Shown here piece after piece: positions 8,826 through 17,963 of a stretch of 64,000 bases of DNA (position 1 is its first letter; every line of letters starts with the position of its first letter). The translations under genes and the position numbers were made by a program. The DNA comes from a virus. The stretch lies in the IMG/VR virus record IMGVR_UViG_3300044611_002466, positions 64,001 through 128,000 of that record; one strand, written 5' to 3'. Under the pieces are notes generated by a model. That model did no database searches, had not been told where the DNA came from, and saw nothing but the letters and a program-made list of their open reading frames with translations.

Positions 8826-9742
8826 CGCAGCCCCAGCTTGCTGAAGAAGTCGTCTTGCTCACGATTCGTGAGCCCCCCGACATCTTCCAGCAGGAGGAGC
8901 ACGTGATCCCCTTCCGTGGTACCGGAGATCCCGCGCGACTCCGCCTCCAGCTGTTCGTCGCGGGCGTAGCCCTTGACCATCCTGCGCAGCGCCTCGACCT
9001 CCTTACGGGAGAAGGTCTTCGCCTCGAGGCGGTAGTCGACGAAGGCCTCGGCCGCGAGCGGACACCAGTCCTGCACGATCCTCCAGATCGCCTCGGCGTA
9101 CTGGCGGATCTCCCACTGTGCGTGGGGGTCGAGGCGCTGCTCCAGCATGTGGAGCAGGTTGTGCAGGTCCCACGTGGTCACCCAGTGGGTGTAGGTCGAG
9201 AGGGGCAGGCCGATGCGCGCCGTCTCCCGCGCCATGCCAGCGCCGATGAACTGGCGGTAGCTGGCGAAGCTCTCATTCGCCTCGCCGATCATCTGGCCCC
9301 GTAGCTGCTCCGCCTCTCCCAGAGGGAAGCGCTTCGCGGAGCGCCCCTGCTTGTTGCTCGAGGTCTGGTAGCAGACTTGGTCCACCGGCGGCGTGTAGAA
9401 CTCCTCCGGGAGCACAGAGTACCGCCCCGAGAGCTCGTTCAGCTTCTGCGTCCGGTAGCGCACCAGCTGACGAGCCACGAAGATGGGCAGCTTGATGTCG
9501 AGAGTGATCGCCACCTGCTCGAAGGGGCTGGTGTGCCTCTCCCGCATCAGATGACGCAGCAGCTTGCGGGTGTCCGAGATGGGGCGCGCGTCCTCGTAGG
9601 AGATGCGGGCCGCCTCCTCGATGCGCACATCCCCTCCCATGCAGTCGACGACGAAGACGTGTCCGATCTCGTCGAGGACCTTGATCTTGTTGTCCTTGCC
9701 GTACTTGGCGCGAAGCTCCGCGCGAATGGTGTCGAGGCTCAT
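8822..9742 (-). CDS. thyX: Flavin-dependent thymidylate synthase
   Basis: HTSPFEQ, PIFVARQLVRYR...NELSGRY, ARETAR..LP, NLLHML..RLDPHAQWEIR. Confidence 0.92.
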   Translation of the reverse strand: MSLDTIRAELRAKYGKDNKIKVLDEIGHVFVVDCMGGDVRIEEAARISYEDARPISDTRKLLRHLMRERHTSPFEQVAITLDIKLPIFVARQLVRYRTQKLNELSGRYSVLPEEFYTPPVDQVCYQTSSNKQGRSAKRFPLGEAEQLRGQMIGEANESFASYRQFIGAGMARETARIGLPLSTYTHWVTTWDLHNLLHMLEQRLDPHAQWEIRQYAEAIWRIVQDWCPLAAEAFVDYRLEAKTFSRKEVEALRRMVKGYARDEQLEAESRGISGTTEGDHVLLLLEDVGGLTNREQDDFFSKLGLR

Positions 9743-10050
9743 CGATCTGCCGTGGTGAGGGTGGTGACTACCGGACCATTCTTGAGGAGGTCCTCCAGAC
9801 GGGCTCGCTGTAGCTCGAGGCGCTTGAGCTTGGCGGCGATCATCTGCGCAACCCGCGAGCGCGCCCCCTCCTCGTTCTGGTGCCAGTTCGTTCCCTCACC
9901 GTGTGCATACACCGCCGGACAAGCTACGCCGCCGGGATGCCAGTACACCATGTCATGGGACAGATAGACCCGATCGACCTTCTGGATGCCCTGAGTGAGG
10001 GCGTATGTCGTGACCCACACCGGTCCGATTGTACTTGCCCTGCTACTCAT
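9739..10050 (-). CDS. Hypothetical protein
   Basis: Coupled ORF with ATGA overlaps. Confidence 0.55.
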   Translation of the reverse strand: MSSRASTIGPVWVTTYALTQGIQKVDRVYLSHDMVYWHPGGVACPAVYAHGEGTNWHQNEEGARSRVAQMIAAKLKRLELQRARLEDLLKNGPVVTTLTTADR

Positions 10051-10322
10051 GTTGACGCCCCTCTCGGCACGGAACGCCGAAGTCTGGAGATTTGATCGGC
10101 ATGGTACTCCCGCTCCTTGTTTCCGTTCCAACGCACGACCCAGACCGTGTATGGCCGCGGAGTGGTAGTGGTCGTCGACATGCGCTCCTCGACGCGGACC
10201 ACGTCCACGGGCCATGCTACCAGATGACTCAGCATCGTGTTGCCCCGCTTCTCCCGGCGGACGTCCCAGAGGCGATCACCTGCCTTCACGTTCGCTGCGT
10301 TGATTCCCACCAGCACCTCCAT
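10047..10322 (-). CDS. Hypothetical protein
   Basis: ORF in coupled chain; start uncertain. Confidence 0.5.
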   Translation of the reverse strand: MEVLVGINAANVKAGDRLWDVRREKRGNTMLSHLVAWPVDVVRVEERMSTTTTTPRPYTVWVVRWNGNKEREYHADQISRLRRSVPRGAST

Positions 10323-10425
10323 ACAGGCATCTGCCCTGCGCTTTCTGTGGTCCAGGTACCGAAAGAGGCTCTGCACGGGGAGGGAGACCACCCCGCGCAG
10401 AGCGCTCAGAAGAAGGCCGCCAGGG

Positions 10426-10788
10426 CTACCCCTCGGCGGCGACACCGCTTCCCCGGAGGAACGCCCGCTGCTGCTCCTCGAGCTCGTCGGCGCCGGCCTC
10501 CACCGACTTCTGGATGGCCCCGACCGCCTGGTGGAGGGTGAGCCCGGAGTACTTCATCAGCAGGCGGATGAGCACCTTCTGCATGCTGTCGGCGAGAAGC
10601 GCCGCCATGCGCCCGTCCGAGATCCCCTTCTCGTAGTACCCGGCGACGGATGCGACGGCCGGGATGTCCACCAGCTCCTTGTCCGCGTCGAACACGATCG
10701 TCTCGAACAGGAACGAGTCGACCCCGTACCTGCCCAGAAGGTCCACGAGCTCCTGCTGAAAGTCCTTGAGGTTCTTGGTCTGAATCAC
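10426..10788 (-). CDS. Hypothetical protein
   Basis: GGAG RBS, GTGA overlap. Confidence 0.6.
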   Translation of the reverse strand: MIQTKNLKDFQQELVDLLGRYGVDSFLFETIVFDADKELVDIPAVASVAGYYEKGISDGRMAALLADSMQKVLIRLLMKYSGLTLHQAVGAIQKSVEAGADELEEQQRAFLRGSGVAAEG

Positions 10789-11093
10789 GTGGTCTCCTTG
10801 GCGACGACAATGCGCCGCGGTTCGTCGGAGCCCTCGACCACCGCGAGTCGATAGCCGGGGCAGAAGTGCATGAAGATGCCGTTGATGATGCCGAACGCGC
10901 TCACGATGAGGACGTCTTCGTCGCCGGCGCGCATGACGGGGGACGGCCCACCGGCGACCTCGTCGGTGTTGAAAAGCCGCTGCAGGACGTCCAGACAGGA
11001 GGGGTCCGACTGCATGTACGAGTAGGTCTCGATGGTGCCGAAGAGGGCGGCATCCACTTCATCCGGGACACTGGGGAGAATGTCGAGCTTCAC
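10785..11093 (-). CDS. Hypothetical protein
   Basis: AGGAGG RBS, GTGA overlap. Confidence 0.6.
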   Translation of the reverse strand: MKLDILPSVPDEVDAALFGTIETYSYMQSDPSCLDVLQRLFNTDEVAGGPSPVMRAGDEDVLIVSAFGIINGIFMHFCPGYRLAVVEGSDEPRRIVVAKETT

Positions 11094-11473
11094 GAGATTG
11101 CCTCCTGGGTTGACCACGGCAGCGAGGCCGTGGGGACGATCGTCAGCCACCTGGAGCCGAGGATCTGGTCGTGTTTGACGATGACGAGGGCCGAGCCGTC
11201 GACCCGCTCGACGACCTCGAAGTACTTCCGGTCTCGCTCGATGACGAGCATCTCCTTTGCGATCCACGACACGAGCTCTGGCTTCGGGGAGACATGAAAC
11301 GAGCGATGCCCGTTCACCCCCGACACCACCAGGTAGTGTCCGATGTCCGGGTGATTCGCGACAGCGTCGCTGCGGTGTCCATCGTGTTCACTGTCCCACT
11401 TGCGGAGGTAGTGGTCCTGGGTGAAGAAGAGGTCCTCGAAGGTCTTTCCTTCCATGAACAGTTGAGCGATCAT
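11090..11473 (-). CDS. Hypothetical protein
   Basis: Coupled ORF. Confidence 0.6.
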   Translation of the reverse strand: MIAQLFMEGKTFEDLFFTQDHYLRKWDSEHDGHRSDAVANHPDIGHYLVVSGVNGHRSFHVSPKPELVSWIAKEMLVIERDRKYFEVVERVDGSALVIVKHDQILGSRWLTIVPTASLPWSTQEAIS

Positions 11474-11688
11474 GCCTTCCTCGCACGCAGCACGCGCGGT
11501 CGATAGGGGTGTTCATTCGGAGGCAGGGGGACACGCATTTTCCATGAGGCATTCATGTGCAGGCCCAGACCCTGCGGCCTGGGCTCCGGATTCGGCTTGG
11601 TGAACGCCGTCTCGAGAAGCGCAAGCATCCAGGTATGCGCTGTCTCCTCACTGTCGACATCAACCTCGACCTCGATAATGCACTTCAT
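11470..11688 (-). CDS. Hypothetical protein
   Basis: ATGA overlap with the VWA gene stop. Confidence 0.5.
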   Translation of the reverse strand: MKCIIEVEVDVDSEETAHTWMLALLETAFTKPNPEPRPQGLGLHMNASWKMRVPLPPNEHPYRPRVLRARKA

Positions 11689-13625
11689 GACCGAGCGAGT
11701 CCCTTCTGCACGTGCGCCGACGCGAGGATCCGCACGGACATCGGCAGCTCGGTGGCGAGCTCGTCGAAGGAGCTGATCATCCCGAAGCCCCCTTGACCGA
11801 ATGCGATGTTGTACTGGGTCTTGGCGTCCTCCACCGAGGTGCCCGGGTGCCTGATGGCCAGGACGGAGAGCGGAATCTTGTCTGCCCTCACCTCCGAGAG
11901 CACGGCGTGCAGGTCCGTGAGGGGGTTGCCCGTGCTCCCCCGCGCGCGAAGACTGGTCGGCCAGCCGTCGGTCACGAGCATGATCGCACGCTTGGTGGGG
12001 GCCCTCCTGCCCCACCGGTGTGCCACATCGAGCGCCTGTACCGTGTGTGTCGAGCCGTAGCGGATGCCAGTAGTCGTAGGACCGCCGACCTTGTCGAAGA
12101 TGTAGAGGGCGTCGGAGAACCCCCACATGTACGCCTTCGACCGGATGGCCTCCACTGCGTAGATAGAGTCCGCCAACGCTCGCTCCACCAGCGCGAGAGC
12201 TTGGCCCATGGTCATCGAACCGCTCACGTCGAACAGGAACAGCAGCTCGAACCGCGGCACCCGCACCGTCCTGTCGTAGAACGGGCGGTCGAGCTCGCCG
12301 GCCCCCAGCGCGCCCAGGAACTGGTCTCCGTTGAAGTCCCCTTCATCGCCCAGCTTCCGTCGCTTCTTCATCCGCAGCTGCTCCAAGATCCTGCGGTTCT
12401 CGTGCCCGGTCGCCGTAGGAGCCGGCAGCGGTCGGATGGGGGAGACGTTTCGGATCTGAATCCCCGACTCCTGTGCCCACCCCAGGCACACAGCCGCGTT
12501 CGACTCGTCCGGCGTGTCCTGTCGGCGCATCATGGCCCTGCGCGCCTCCTCCAGACGGTCCTGGAGGCTGTCGGCCCCCTGCGCCATGATGAGTCCGAAC
12601 GGTGTGACGCCGGACTCGTCCGTCTCGCGGTCGTCGGCCGACAGGAGCTTGTCCACCCCGATCATCTGCGCGTAGCGCTTCCGCTCCAGCTTGTCGGAGG
12701 GCTTCCCCTCCTTGGCCAGCGGCACATTGCTGCCGATCCGCCCACTCCCGTCGTCCTGCAGGGAGTGCGGCCCTGTCCGCGGAACCATGGACAGCAGCAT
12801 ACGGAGGAGGTGCTCTGCTTGCTTCTTTCGCGCCTCCCGCTGCTGTGCTGGGGCACCGCCGGCGCCGCCCCCTCCACCGCCTTGTGCGGGTGGCGGAGGG
12901 GGGTTGTTGGCCAGGAGCGTGTCCATGATCTCGTCGACGAGGCGCGCTGTGATGGCCAGGCAGGCCACGTTGTCGACCCCCTCCACCAAGTTCAGGGCCC
13001 TGCGCATGGGGCGCCTGCAGTCCTGGAAGTCCTGAGGGGCCTCAGGGGTCTCCACTCCGGCAGAGTAGGCGCCGAGGAACATCACGAGGTTCGACTTCTT
13101 GACCGCCAGCGGCATGACGTGCTCGCTGATGTCGTGCCAGCGCTGCTGGAGCAGCTCTCCCCCGCCCTTGTAGATCTGGCTCCACGCCCAGCAGCACCGC
13201 CAGTCCTCGATGATGTTCCACAGGTGGTGAAGCACCTTCGTGAGGTGCTTCTCGTACGGCAGCGCCGCGTCGGTACCAAGAGGGGCTCCGAGCGCATTCA
13301 GCAGCTTGCTTGCCAACTTCTCGACGAAGCGGCCAGCCAGGACCACATCGGTCTCGAACAGCCAGTGCGAGAGCTCGTGCTCCGTGACCAGGTACCCCTC
13401 AGGATCCTGAAGGGGCGCCCAGATCGTGCTCGAGCAGTCGGTCTTCCCTCCCTCCGGTGAGCTGTCGACGAGCTTGATCTCGCCCACGTCGAGCATTGCA
13501 GCGTACGCCCGGACCAAGTTCTCCGAGCGCAAGAGGATGTATGCCGGGTCCCCGGTCATCGGCCCGAGGTTGAGAGGCGGACGTACACGCGCCGACGTGG
13601 CGCCAGAGCCCTGTGTGGTTGTCAT
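11685..13625 (-). CDS. VWA-domain protein with N-terminal zincin-like (HExxH) region; CobT/ViaA-type MoxR partner
   Basis: EHELSH and WNIIEDWR N-terminally; MIDAS LFDVSGSM, GSTHT, MLVTDG C-terminally. Confidence 0.85.
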   Translation of the reverse strand: MTTTQGSGATSARVRPPLNLGPMTGDPAYILLRSENLVRAYAAMLDVGEIKLVDSSPEGGKTDCSSTIWAPLQDPEGYLVTEHELSHWLFETDVVLAGRFVEKLASKLLNALGAPLGTDAALPYEKHLTKVLHHLWNIIEDWRCCWAWSQIYKGGGELLQQRWHDISEHVMPLAVKKSNLVMFLGAYSAGVETPEAPQDFQDCRRPMRRALNLVEGVDNVACLAITARLVDEIMDTLLANNPPPPPAQGGGGGGAGGAPAQQREARKKQAEHLLRMLLSMVPRTGPHSLQDDGSGRIGSNVPLAKEGKPSDKLERKRYAQMIGVDKLLSADDRETDESGVTPFGLIMAQGADSLQDRLEEARRAMMRRQDTPDESNAAVCLGWAQESGIQIRNVSPIRPLPAPTATGHENRRILEQLRMKKRRKLGDEGDFNGDQFLGALGAGELDRPFYDRTVRVPRFELLFLFDVSGSMTMGQALALVERALADSIYAVEAIRSKAYMWGFSDALYIFDKVGGPTTTGIRYGSTHTVQALDVAHRWGRRAPTKRAIMLVTDGWPTSLRARGSTGNPLTDLHAVLSEVRADKIPLSVLAIRHPGTSVEDAKTQYNIAFGQGGFGMISSFDELATELPMSVRILASAHVQKGLARS

Positions 13626-13873
13626 TTCGCGGCCGCGTCGGGGCGGAGGTCGGCAGCCTTCTTCACGGGCCACGCGTCCATCAGGACGGCGTGCACGCGC
13701 GCAAGCCGAGACGCCTCCGGGTCTCCGCCATTGCTGTCGTTGAGGTCCGCCCAGGCGCGCACCGCGGGGGCGCCGGAGACGTCCTGCGCCCTGATGATGA
13801 ACACCGGCTCGTCCGCCGGGATGAGGTTGAGGGGATCTTGGAAGCGGTCGTAGTCAGCCCGTGCGTGTCGCAT
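13622..13873 (-). CDS. Small hypothetical phage protein
   Basis: DEPVFIIRAQD motif; coupled. Confidence 0.6.
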   Translation of the reverse strand: MRHARADYDRFQDPLNLIPADEPVFIIRAQDVSGAPAVRAWADLNDSNGGDPEASRLARVHAVLMDAWPVKKAADLRPDAAAK

Positions 13874-14705
13874 CGAAAGCTCCCTGCAGGTAGTGGAAGT
13901 GGTTGAGGAAGAGCTGCTCGCTCTCCGCAGGCAGCAGTGGGTGGGTGATTCTCAGGTGTTCGAGCGGCGTGCGCAGTCCCGACCACTTGCGGGAGGGCGA
14001 GCCATCCGACTTGAAGTACGGCATCAAGTCCATTCGCTCGGTGGCGAGCATCTCGTCGTCCGCGTCGTGCACCACATCCTCGAGCGCGGACGTCATCACC
14101 ACACCGAAGCGCTGGTAGATGTGGTACTGCAGCGACTCCTCTGCTTTGCGGTAGGGCTCCATCAGGGCGTGACGCTTCATGGGCCGCGGCACGTCCACGA
14201 GGTACGCTTCCGACCCGTCATGCAGCAGACCTGCCAGCCCTGCGAGCGTCTGCCCCTCGCGAGCCCCCCAGAGCTCCATGGCCCGTCGTGAGACGTGAAC
14301 CGAGTGCTCGGCCACGGAGTAGAACTCCTGCACGTGGCCCGCGAAGCGGCACATGTTCGAGAGAGCGTGCGCGATGTCGACCAACAGGATCTCGTCCGGG
14401 CGAGGATCCAGCGGGTAGAACGCCACTCCAGAGAAGGTGCACTGCCAGTCCCCTATGCGAGGCAGGACTCCGTCCAGCTCCTTGTCCCTGGACTCCCAGA
14501 GGTGCTCTGCGGCGTCCTTGAGCAGGTCGTACCGCCCAACGAGCTCGCCGTCGCGCGTGGCTTCCCAACGACCCTCCCGGTCGTAGTTGTCACGCGCCTC
14601 AACCATCCCGAGCTGGCGCCGTTGCTTGCGTTCTCCCTTGGTCCACACCGAGTAGACCCCTCCCGTACCCAGCGACATGTAGGGGAGTCCGTTCTTCTTA
14701 CTCAT
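13854..14705 (-). CDS. HD-domain 5'-deoxynucleotidase-like phosphohydrolase (YfbR/DatZ-like family)
   Basis: DIAHALS..CRF.GH...YSVAEHS, LLHDGSEAY..DVPRP.K. Confidence 0.85.
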   Translation of the reverse strand: MSKKNGLPYMSLGTGGVYSVWTKGERKQRRQLGMVEARDNYDREGRWEATRDGELVGRYDLLKDAAEHLWESRDKELDGVLPRIGDWQCTFSGVAFYPLDPRPDEILLVDIAHALSNMCRFAGHVQEFYSVAEHSVHVSRRAMELWGAREGQTLAGLAGLLHDGSEAYLVDVPRPMKRHALMEPYRKAEESLQYHIYQRFGVVMTSALEDVVHDADDEMLATERMDLMPYFKSDGSPSRKWSGLRTPLEHLRITHPLLPAESEQLFLNHFHYLQGAFDATRTG

Positions 14706-15292
14706 CGAACCTTCCTTTTCCACGGCGCGTAGCCGAAGACGATGGGGGCTGCGTCCCCGAGTTGCTGCGGGTAGCGGATGTCTCGCTTCACCTGCCGGGG
14801 CCGAATGACGGCGACCATGGACCCTCCCATCGGGCGAGTGCGTTCGCCGTCCGGGTCAATGAAGGAGATCCGCGGAGTGAAGCGTAGCTCTGCGCCCTGC
14901 TCCCAGAGGAACTCCGCCCACCCTGTGTCTGGTGTCGCCGGCAGCAGGAGGACCACCACTTCCATGCCCTGCGCTTCGGTGTGGGCACATCCGACCCATC
15001 GGTCGAGCCCCCCGCCGTCCGGTGAGTAGGGCGGGTTCAGGAACCCGCGCCGACCGGGCCACACCCGGGTGAAGGCATCTCGCCTGCTGGGATCTGGGTG
15101 GTCGAGTCCCATCCAGTTGGCACACTTCGCCGTCTCCGTAGTGGCGGCGCAGTCCAGATCGAAGTCGAACTCCTGGTCGAGCTCGTCGAAGACCCGATAG
15201 GGCGTTCCCCAGAAGTTCTTGAGGTCGATGCCGAGACGGAGGACCTTCTCTCGCCTCTTCCCTTCCGCTACTGCCGAGTGGTCCACGTGCAC
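14702..15292 (-). CDS. Phage DNA N6-adenine methyltransferase (Dam-type)
   Basis: WGTP...FDLDCAA, FLNPPYS, LLPA.PDT.W. Confidence 0.85.
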   Translation of the reverse strand: MHVDHSAVAEGKRREKVLRLGIDLKNFWGTPYRVFDELDQEFDFDLDCAATTETAKCANWMGLDHPDPSRRDAFTRVWPGRRGFLNPPYSPDGGGLDRWVGCAHTEAQGMEVVVLLLPATPDTGWAEFLWEQGAELRFTPRISFIDPDGERTRPMGGSMVAVIRPRQVKRDIRYPQQLGDAAPIVFGYAPWKRKVR

Positions 15293-15350
15293 CTCCGATG
15301 GCTCATGGTAGCTCCGCCGTAACCGACGAAGTATGCGCGCTGTTGCGGCC

Positions 15351-16403
15351 TCACCAGAGGCTCACGGCCGTGATGTCGATGTTGAAGACGCTCTTCACAC
15401 GCGCGCGCAGGTCGGCCACAAACTGGGCATCGAACTTCCCCTCGAGCATCTTGAGGGCCAGGGCGGTCGACTTGAATGCGACGTAGTCCTCAAGCACCTG
15501 CTCGAGGTCGCGCGTCGACAACGCGTACCCAAACTTCCCGCCGCGGCTCTCCTTCGCCAGGGCCTGAAGGCTCCCGATGAACCGCACCTCGTCCGCCGTA
15601 GCCTTGCCGCCGGGCATCCTCTTGGTCAGGATGGCCTGCTCGACGGCGTCCTCCATGAAGGACATCTCTACGAACTTGAAGCGGGACCGGAAGTCCTCGT
15701 TCAGGTCGTAGGTGCCCCCGTACCCGGGGTTCATCGTGCCGACGATCCAGAGCCTCGGCCTGACCGTGAGGATCTGTCCCTTGGTCACCGAACAGCCCAC
15801 CAGGCTCGCGGGGTCGAGGAGGGCGGTGACCATCTTCTGCTCGAACACCTCCTCGGTGGTGGCGTTGGCGATCACCAAGTTCGTCGTGAACTCGTCGAGC
15901 TCGTCCCTCTCTACGATTACCCCCGCGAAGGGAGCCGCCACGGCCTCCGCCAAGCGGTACACGGCGCCGACATGCGGCAGGTCGACCTCACGCCGGTAGT
16001 CGGCGATGGAGTTGACCGCCTTCTGCGCTTCCTCGTTCAGCGCGTTGATCTCCTCGAGCACCAACACGCACCTGCCGGTCTGGTTGGCCACGTCGATGGC
16101 CGTCGCCAGGACTCCCAGGGTGAAGTAGCTCTCGTCGAAGCTCTTGAGGGTGAAGGCGCCGAGCAGGTGGCGGTCGCCGGTGTCGGCGGTGCAGCTCTTG
16201 CGCAGGAAGGGCACCTTGCGCACGGCCGCCCACTGCTCGATGTTCAGGGTCTTGCCGGCGCCCTTGGGGCCCTTCAGGATGAGGGGCGAGCCCCACGCCA
16301 GCTTGTCGAGCACCTCGATGACCTTCGTCTGGTGAAAGCCCGGGAAGTGCCGGGCAACAAGCTGGTCGGTGGCAATGCGGCGGATCTCGGTATTCTCGTA
16401 CAC
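15351..16403 (-). CDS. MoxR/CobS-like AAA+ ATPase with internal insertion
   Basis: Walker A GPKGAGKT, Walker B-like LVLEEIN, GTMNPGY, DFRSRF; start moved to GTG after AGAGG. Confidence 0.85.
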   Translation of the reverse strand: MYENTEIRRIATDQLVARHFPGFHQTKVIEVLDKLAWGSPLILKGPKGAGKTLNIEQWAAVRKVPFLRKSCTADTGDRHLLGAFTLKSFDESYFTLGVLATAIDVANQTGRCVLVLEEINALNEEAQKAVNSIADYRREVDLPHVGAVYRLAEAVAAPFAGVIVERDELDEFTTNLVIANATTEEVFEQKMVTALLDPASLVGCSVTKGQILTVRPRLWIVGTMNPGYGGTYDLNEDFRSRFKFVEMSFMEDAVEQAILTKRMPGGKATADEVRFIGSLQALAKESRGGKFGYALSTRDLEQVLEDYVAFKSTALALKMLEGKFDAQFVADLRARVKSVFNIDITAVSLW

Positions 16404-16436
16404 GTTGACCTCTAAAAGGGTATTTGGCACAGAGAA

Positions 16437-16466
16437 AAGCCGCCCTGGGTCGGACCAGGGCGGCTT
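16437..16466 (-). terminator. Intrinsic terminator hairpin
   Basis: 12-bp perfect stem AAGCCGCCCTGG/CCAGGGCGGCTT. Confidence 0.7.
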
Positions 16467-16492
16467 CGTTTGTGGGGTCTGCGGTGAGTGCG

Positions 16493-16648
16493 CTACGCCT
16501 CAGCGACCTGAGCGGCGATGACGGACACCACACGCGCGATGGGGGTGTACTGCGGGACCCCCCGCGAGTTGAACGTCACCTGAAACAGGACGGTGACCCC
16601 CGTAGGGCCGACCCCGCGCACCACGGTGTTGGCCGTCCAGGTGAGCAT
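16493..16648 (-). CDS. Small hypothetical protein (51 aa, below ORF-track cutoff)
   Basis: MLTWTANTVVRGVG...VAEA*; starts just after the ParB stop, ends before the terminator. Confidence 0.45.
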   Translation of the reverse strand: MLTWTANTVVRGVGPTGVTVLFQVTFNSRGVPQYTPIARVVSVIAAQVAEA

Positions 16649-16651
16649 CTA

Positions 16652-17551
16652 CTACTCCGCGTCCCTGGTGGACCGCCGGCGGCGCACCACCCGCTCGACA
16701 GGCGTCGAGCCCGCTTCCTCCTCCGGCTCGTACTGGATGGCCGCCTTGACCTCATCCTCGGCGCAGAGGCCGAGGACGCCCCGAAGCCCCATGGCGACCC
16801 CGTGCGCGTTCCGCTTCTTCGGGTTGGTGCTGGCCTCTTCGGCCAGGGCCAGCAGAGACATCAGCGTCTTCTTGCTGGGCTTGGCGGTCTTGTCGGGCTT
16901 GCCTTCCACCTTGGCGTCTTCCAGCTTGATCAGCTTCTCGCCCGCCGTGCGGGCCTGCTTGATGCGCTTGTCCTGGTCCTCCTTGGACAGGTTCTTCGCG
17001 AGCTCGTAAGCCGCGGAGATGGAGATGATGCCCTCGCGAAGAGCCTTCAGGAGCTCCTCAGACCCCTTGCGGCAGATCGTCAGCCGCAGGGAGACCCACT
17101 GGGCGCCTCGGTGAAGCCGCTTCGCCAGGCCCTCCGGGTCATGTCCCTCTTCCTCCACCATCCGATGAACCCACAGGAGCTCGTCGACGGGGTCGACGTC
17201 CTGCCGGTCGATGTTCTCCACGCCGTTGAGGAGCTTCGCATCCTCGAGGCTCCCCACGAACTTGTTGCACCGGACCTCCCCGTCGTTCCAGTCCACGTCC
17301 CGGTTCTCGAGGATCGACTGAATGGCCCGGAGTCGCCGAGAGCCGCACACGAGCTCGATGATCTCATCCCCGGTCTCCGGATCCGCGGTCTCCATGACCA
17401 CGAGGGGGTTCAGCAACCCCCCTTCGTAGATGCTGTCGGCGAGGTCGGCGATCTCCCCGGCGTCGAACTGGGTGCGGATGTTCTTGATGCTACGCCCGAC
17501 CTTGATCTCCCCGACGGGGATCATGATGGGGGCGGGTTCAATGACGTACAT
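16652..17551 (-). CDS. ParB/RepB/Spo0J-family protein
   Basis: LADSI..GGLLNPLVV, LVCGSRRLRA, HTH-like mid-region. Confidence 0.85.
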   Translation of the reverse strand: MYVIEPAPIMIPVGEIKVGRSIKNIRTQFDAGEIADLADSIYEGGLLNPLVVMETADPETGDEIIELVCGSRRLRAIQSILENRDVDWNDGEVRCNKFVGSLEDAKLLNGVENIDRQDVDPVDELLWVHRMVEEEGHDPEGLAKRLHRGAQWVSLRLTICRKGSEELLKALREGIISISAAYELAKNLSKEDQDKRIKQARTAGEKLIKLEDAKVEGKPDKTAKPSKKTLMSLLALAEEASTNPKKRNAHGVAMGLRGVLGLCAEDEVKAAIQYEPEEEAGSTPVERVVRRRRSTRDAE

Positions 17552-17621
17552 GAGTGCAGTTCCTCACAAGAAGGGGGCGAATCGGGACCAAGTACCCTAT
17601 GTCACGGGTGTGCCCGGCTTT

Positions 17622-17963
17622 TCAGGACTTGATCCACACCGACGGAATCAGAAGGTTGTAAGTGAATACGTTTCCATCGTCCCTGGTGTCGAACTCAATC
17701 CGCCAACCAAGGGAGCTCGGGCACAAGCGCACGTCCTCCACCCCGTGGACGCTTCGCTTCACCGCAGCTACGAGCTGCTCGAACGTCTCGGAGGGGGCTG
17801 CCTCGAAGATGTCCTGCACCGGCGACGACTCCTTGCAGGAGCGACAGATCCCCGCACACAGGTTCAGCAGGTAGCGCATGTCGGGTGCGTAGGAAGGGAA
17901 CTTCACCTCGGCACGCGCTCTGTCCGCAAACTTCCCTCGGGCGTCAATGACATTCATACTCAT
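17622..17963 (-). CDS. Hypothetical protein
   Basis: ATGA overlap. Confidence 0.55.
   Translation of the reverse strand: MSMNVIDARGKFADRARAEVKFPSYAPDMRYLLNLCAGICRSCKESSPVQDIFEAAPSETFEQLVAAVKRSVHGVEDVRLCPSSLGWRIEFDTRDDGNVFTYNLLIPSVWIKS

Noticed and set aside
13854-14705. Calling a Z-base (diaminopurine) genome from the DatZ-like HD gene
   Set aside because: No purZ in the window, and this HD family is common in unmodified phages
16652-17551. ParABS plasmid-prophage partition system
   Set aside because: No ParA and no canonical parS palindrome found in the window
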